The notes beneath the pieces are model-generated. The model was not told the DNA's origin, did not search any database, and was given only the letters and a program-made list of their open reading frames with translations. The position numbers were made by a program, and so were the translations under genes. A DNA stretch of 64,000 nt, taken from an uncultured Methanoregulaceae archaeon. Lineage in GTDB: Archaea > Halobacteriota > Methanomicrobia > Methanomicrobiales > Methanospirillaceae. Below, piece after piece: positions 59,808-64,000 of this stretch; within the stretch, counting starts at the first letter, position 1, and every line of letters begins with the position of its first letter. Location of the stretch: the NCBI GenBank assembly GCA_963705255.1, contig OY970061.1, positions 2,432,001 to 2,496,000 on the forward strand. The letters are read 5' to 3'.

Positions 59808-60605
59808 AGAACTAGGAACTCCACTCTTTTCTGCGTTGACGCATTCACGGAAAAACCGGGTTCAGGAAATCCCGCCGGCGTCTGCATGCTCTCAGAGCTG
59901 GCGGATTTATTGTGGATTCGGGCAGTGGCACGGGAGATGAACCTGTCCGAAACTGCATTTATCGTCCCGGAGCACGACGGATTCGATCTTCGCTGGTTCA
60001 CTCCCCGGGTCAAGGTGGAGCTCTGCGGGATGCCACGCTTGCATCGGCCCACGTCCTGTGGCAGCAGAGGTACCTGGGCACCGGAGAGTGTGCCCGTTTC
60101 TTCACGAAGAGCGGCACGCTCACGGCAGAATTGAACGGCGACTGGATCGCCATGGACTTTCCGGACGAGTCGGACCAGCCCGCACCGGCACCCCCCGGCC
60201 TTGCAGATGCTCTTGGCATCCGGCCCCGGTATGTCGGGAAAAACCGGTTCGATTACGTGGTTGAAACAGGATCGGAACGGGAAGTCAGGGATATACGGCC
60301 TGATTTCAGGTGTCTTGCTGAAGTTCCCGCCCGGGGTATTATTGTAACTGCCCCGGTGGATCCCGGACACGTTGATTTTGTCAGCCATTTTTTTGCCCTT
60401 GCTGTCGGTGTGGATGAGGATCCTGTTACCGGTTCGGGCCACTGCTGCCTTGGTCCGTTCTGGGAAAAAGGCTGCACAAAAACGAGTTCCTTGCGCACCA
60501 GGTGTCTGAACGGAGTGGTGTGCTCAGCGTAAGGATAGGCGCAACCAGCGGGTTCTGATCTGCGGGCAGGCGGTAACGATCTGGCGGGGTGTCCCGCTCA
60601 TCTGA
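59808..60605 (+). pseudogene. PhzF-family isomerase, several frameshifts
   Basis: VDAF.EKP.SGNPAGV, EMNLSETAF, LRWFTP..VELCG, EDPVTGS.HC spread over different frames. Confidence 0.8.
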
Positions 60606-60616
60606 CCGCAAAAAGG

Positions 60617-61510
60617 TTATTTGTTCTCGTACATGCAGGACTGGACGTCGTGCCCGAGCTTGCCGATCGCGTCCGCGCGACAACGCTGGCAGTGCCGCAT
60701 CTGCCTGACATATTTCCCGCACTCGTCCTGCATCTTCCTCTTCATCTCTGGGGTCGGCGGGGTGATATTGGCGAACTTGTACTGGGCTATCAGCGGGATG
60801 AGGTTGAAGGTATAGACCCCCATCTCCCCGACTTTTTTGGCGATCGCGGGGATGTGGTTCTCATTGATCCCGGGGATATAGACCGTATTGATCTTGACGA
60901 TCATGTGCCGTTTGACCGCCTCCTCGATCCCTTTCAGCTGCTGGGAGAGGAGGAGTTTTGCCGCTTCTATGCCTTCGTACCGTTTCCCCTTGTAATCCAC
61001 GAACTGGTAGATTTTTGCGCCAATCTCCGGGTCGATCGCGTTGAGGGTTACCGTGATATTTCCGACATCGTATTTCTGCAGGAGATCGATCTTGTCAGGG
61101 AGGAGAAGCCCGTTAGTGCTTATACATTTGATCACGCTGGGGTACTGTTCATGAAGCCTGCGGAGCGTCTCGAACGTCTCTTCGTTTGCCAGGGGGTCGC
61201 CGGGCCCGGCAATACCCACGACCTTGATGTAATTGTATTTTTCCACCACTTTTTTGACCATCTCCATGGACTCGTCCGGGTTGAGGATCCGGGTGGTGAC
61301 CCCCGGGCGGCTCTCGTTGACGCAGTCGAAATCCCGGATGCAGTAATTGCACTGGATATTGCATTTGGGTGCAACGGGTAGGTGGCACCTGCCGAAGCTG
61401 TGACACGCCTTTTCAGAAAAGCAGGGGTGCTCCTGTATTTTGCGCATCTGCGCCGGGTCCCACTGGACTTTTTTGCCTTGGACGTCTGCGATCCTTACTT
61501 CATCAGACAT
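60617..61510 (-). CDS. nifB: NifB-like radical SAM protein (archaeal, no NifX domain)
   Basis: HPCFS, HLPVAPKCNIQCNYC, NESRPG, AGPGDPLAN, CQRCRADA. Confidence 0.9.
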   Translation of the reverse strand: MSDEVRIADVQGKKVQWDPAQMRKIQEHPCFSEKACHSFGRCHLPVAPKCNIQCNYCIRDFDCVNESRPGVTTRILNPDESMEMVKKVVEKYNYIKVVGIAGPGDPLANEETFETLRRLHEQYPSVIKCISTNGLLLPDKIDLLQKYDVGNITVTLNAIDPEIGAKIYQFVDYKGKRYEGIEAAKLLLSQQLKGIEEAVKRHMIVKINTVYIPGINENHIPAIAKKVGEMGVYTFNLIPLIAQYKFANITPPTPEMKRKMQDECGKYVRQMRHCQRCRADAIGKLGHDVQSCMYENK

Positions 61511-61680
61511 ATACAACACCACTAGATGCGCTTTAGTGGTATAAATAGAGTGCAATCGCGGTAGTACTTCTTTTGATTGTCTCTCATACAGGATAGAAAA
61601 CAGGAACGGTTTTCCTCATTCTCATCGGTGTCAAAGAGCGGAAAAGAGAAGTGTATAATTGTCATACGTTTTAGGTACTG

Positions 61681-62259
61681 GTGGATACTATGAAGAAATC
61701 TGAGAAGGAGAAAGGGAAGGCGGAAGTCGTCACCCGAAATAAAAAGAGGAAACAGTACGCGATGGTAGCAGCAGTCATACTGATTGTCATTGCGGGGATT
61801 CTATTTTACCTTTACAACCCGTTTTTTGCAAAAACCGGGGATACTGTTGCGATTTATTATACCGGGACGCTCGATAACGGTACCGTCGTGGGATCCAACA
61901 CCAATTCAACACCATTTGTGCTTACCATCGGCAAGACGGATATGATCCCCTACGGCCTGCCGGATGCCGTAATCGGTATGCAGCCGAATGAGACAAAAAC
62001 GGTGATACTGCCTCCGGAGAAAGCCTTTGGCGTCTACCAGCCCTCTCTTGTCCAGACCGTGAACCGATCCTCATTGCCGCCGAATACAACTATCGTTGCG
62101 GGACAGGAATATGATATCATACGGAAATCCGATAATGCCGTCGCGCGTGTGAGGATCATCAATGTCACTCCCACGACGGTTACATGGGATGGGAATTCTG
62201 ATCTGGCAGGTCAGAACCTGACCGTGAAGATCACGCTCGTGCAGATCGTAGGAAAATAA
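61681..62259 (+). CDS. Membrane-anchored FKBP-type peptidyl-prolyl isomerase (SlyD-like)
   Basis: GDTV.IYYTGTLDNG, LPPEKAFG, D.N..LAGQNL. Confidence 0.85.
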   Translation: MDTMKKSEKEKGKAEVVTRNKKRKQYAMVAAVILIVIAGILFYLYNPFFAKTGDTVAIYYTGTLDNGTVVGSNTNSTPFVLTIGKTDMIPYGLPDAVIGMQPNETKTVILPPEKAFGVYQPSLVQTVNRSSLPPNTTIVAGQEYDIIRKSDNAVARVRIINVTPTTVTWDGNSDLAGQNLTVKITLVQIVGK

Positions 62260-62338
62260 CTTTTTTGCAAGAATTCCTGCGAAATTTTCCCGGGACGGGA
62301 AACAATCCTGTGTTTTTACCCATCCATCTGAAAACTGA

Positions 62339-62412
62339 TGGGCCCGGCCGGATTCGAACCGGCGACCTCCGCCGTGTAAGGGCGACGTCATAACCGACTA
62401 GACCACGAGCCC
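62339..62412 (-). tRNA. tRNA-Val (TAC)
   Basis: GGGCTCG/CGGGCCC acceptor stem, anticodon loop CTTACAC, GGTTCGAATCC T-arm. Confidence 0.95.
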
Positions 62413-62536
62413 GGTAACTTACTAATGTCGACCTTGGGATTATTAACATTGCTGATTTCCGGATCCCTTATTGCGGAATGGCAAAAAAGGTGACAATTTC
62501 ATCCCGCTGTAGCGTCCCGTTTTGTGCCGGCGGGAA

Positions 62537-63439
62537 TTATTCTTTTTTTGGGATCTTGATATCGATCCCGTATTTTTCCGCGTTTTTGTCCGCTATGACC
62601 TGTATGGCGGCGATCTCCGCGTCCTGGCGCTTCGGCTTGAAGAGGTGCCGGAACCGTTTCTGGGTCTTGAGGTACTCTTCAACCGGTTTGCGCACGACCT
62701 TTTTGACTTTGGTGATTTTTCCTTCGACCATCTCGTAGTTCACCCAGAGTCCGGTCTCGATCGCGAGCCGGGCTATGGCGAGGGTCTGTTCCCCCTCGAA
62801 CCCCCAGCCGGTACAGCACGGGGCATGCACCTGCACATAGCAGGGCCCGGGAGTATTGATGGCCTTCTCGACCTTCTGCATCAGGTCGGCGGGATACACG
62901 ATGGAGGTCGTAGCCACGTAGGGCGCACCATGCGCAGCAAGGATCTGCGGCATGTCCTTCTTGGGACGCTTGTTGCCGAACGAGTGGGAACCGGCCGGGC
63001 TTGTTGTGGTGCTTGCATCGTACGGGGTTGCACCCGAACGCTGGATCCCGGTGTTCATGTAGGCCTCGTTGTCGTAGCACACGTACGTGAAGTCGTGGCC
63101 GCGCTCGAATGCGCCGCTGATGCAGATCATTCCGATATCGAAGGTCGCCCCATCGCCGGCCATGATCAAGACCTTCTCTTTCCGCCCCTGTTTTTTGAGG
63201 GCTGCCTCGATGCCCGATGCCACTGCAGACGCGTTCTCGAAGAGGGAGTGGATCCACGGGACCTTCCACGCGGTCTCCGGGTACGGGGTTGAGAACACTT
63301 CCATACAGCCCGTGGAGGAGACCACAATCGTCTCGGTCCCGGCCGCCTGAGTTACCAGCCGTGCGGCAAGCGCCGCACCGCACCCGCCGCAGGCACGGTG
63401 GCCGCAGTCGAACAGGTCGCACACCTTTTTCTCTGCCAT
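62537..63439 (-). CDS. porB: Pyruvate:ferredoxin oxidoreductase beta subunit
   Basis: [30 protein letters not shown]. Confidence 0.9.
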   Translation of the reverse strand: MAEKKVCDLFDCGHRACGGCGAALAARLVTQAAGTETIVVSSTGCMEVFSTPYPETAWKVPWIHSLFENASAVASGIEAALKKQGRKEKVLIMAGDGATFDIGMICISGAFERGHDFTYVCYDNEAYMNTGIQRSGATPYDASTTTSPAGSHSFGNKRPKKDMPQILAAHGAPYVATTSIVYPADLMQKVEKAINTPGPCYVQVHAPCCTGWGFEGEQTLAIARLAIETGLWVNYEMVEGKITKVKKVVRKPVEEYLKTQKRFRHLFKPKRQDAEIAAIQVIADKNAEKYGIDIKIPKKE

Positions 63440-63442
63440 GGT

Positions 63443-64000
63443 TCAGAGCACCTCCTTACGCAGGCCATAGAACTGGTCGCCCTCTCCTCTTTCGAGAAGA
63501 GCTACGATCTCCCTGATATCCTTTTTCCGCACGTCCCTGCCCCCAAGGCCTAGGATGTAATCCCTGACCGGGATTCCGCTCCCATAGAGGGCGTCCCTGA
63601 CTTCGAGCGCCACAGCCCCTTTCGAGCCGAGCGAGATGTTCTTGTCCAGCACGGCGACACGCTTCGCACGGGCAAGCGCTTTTGCCACATCTTCTGTCGG
63701 GAACGGGCGGAAGACGCGTATCTTGAGGAGCCCGACGTTCTTTCCCTCTGCACGCATCTCGTCGATTGTGTCCTTGACCGTCCCGCAGAGGGAGCCCATG
63801 GTCACGATTACTGTCTCTGCATCGTCGAGCCGGTAACCCTCGACAAGGGCACTGTAGTCCCTGCCAAAGAGGGAGCCGAACTTTTTTCCGGCCTTTGCGA
63901 TAACGTCCTTTGCCCGTCTCTGGGCAAGATCCATCTCGTACCTGAACTCGAGGTAATACTCGGGGGTCGCGTACATCCCGAAACTGATCGGGTCCGCAGC
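63443..64000 (-). CDS. porA: Pyruvate:ferredoxin oxidoreductase alpha subunit, C-terminal part
   Basis: KIRVFRPFP, GLGGRDV; adjacent to porB. Confidence 0.88.
   Translation of the reverse strand, partial: AADPISFGMYATPEYYLEFRYEMDLAQRRAKDVIAKAGKKFGSLFGRDYSALVEGYRLDDAETVIVTMGSLCGTVKDTIDEMRAEGKNVGLLKIRVFRPFPTEDVAKALARAKRVAVLDKNISLGSKGAVALEVRDALYGSGIPVRDYILGLGGRDVRKKDIREIVALLERGEGDQFYGLRKEVL

Noticed and set aside
60617-61510. nifB as evidence of a nitrogen-fixation cluster
   Set aside because: No nifHDK nearby; stand-alone NifB is common in methanogens.
62339-62412. tRNA-Val as the integration site of the island
   Set aside because: No duplicated tRNA 3' end was noticed and the flanks are housekeeping genes.
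40400-64000. Many long antisense/overlapping ORFs (e.g. 42661-43887, 48124-49212, 51155-52222, 55386-56345)
   Set aside because: Shadow frames of GC-rich genes with no recognisable motifs.

Overview
Archaeal window, most likely a Methanomicrobiales (Methanoregula-like) methanogen, judged from endA, archaeal pheS/pheT/trpS, ahcY, a radical-SAM-only nifB and porAB. It has four zones. (1) ~0.6-19 kb is an AT-rich defence island built around 7-deazaguanine chemistry. It holds queC, a nitrilase-like gene, a TGT-fold enzyme, a decayed queD and a DpdA fused to a YaaA/DUF6884-like (DpdC-like) domain. These sit with a NurA-HerA pair, two AAA+ ATPase/wHTH gene pairs and a GHKL-ATPase/nuclease, with no recognisable DpdB. 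This is the best candidate for an undescribed system. (2) ~19-37 kb is a mosaic of toxin-antitoxin and nuclease cargo between repeated modules. A 19-bp motif abuts TATA boxes nine times, and there is a three-copy structured leader RNA, a membrane-anchored twin-wHTH regulator and secreted proteins. (3) ~37-50 kb holds a REP-like hairpin cluster around three uncharacterised genes, and a radical SAM-DUF1257-Ycf46 AAA-WD40-Hsp70-DUF2997 operon. (4) 50-64 kb is housekeeping genes and tRNA-Val(TAC). Many genes, including housekeeping hisF, carry single-base indels, often in homopolymers, so most frameshifts are probably assembly errors. All family calls come from motif recognition by eye; no searches were run.
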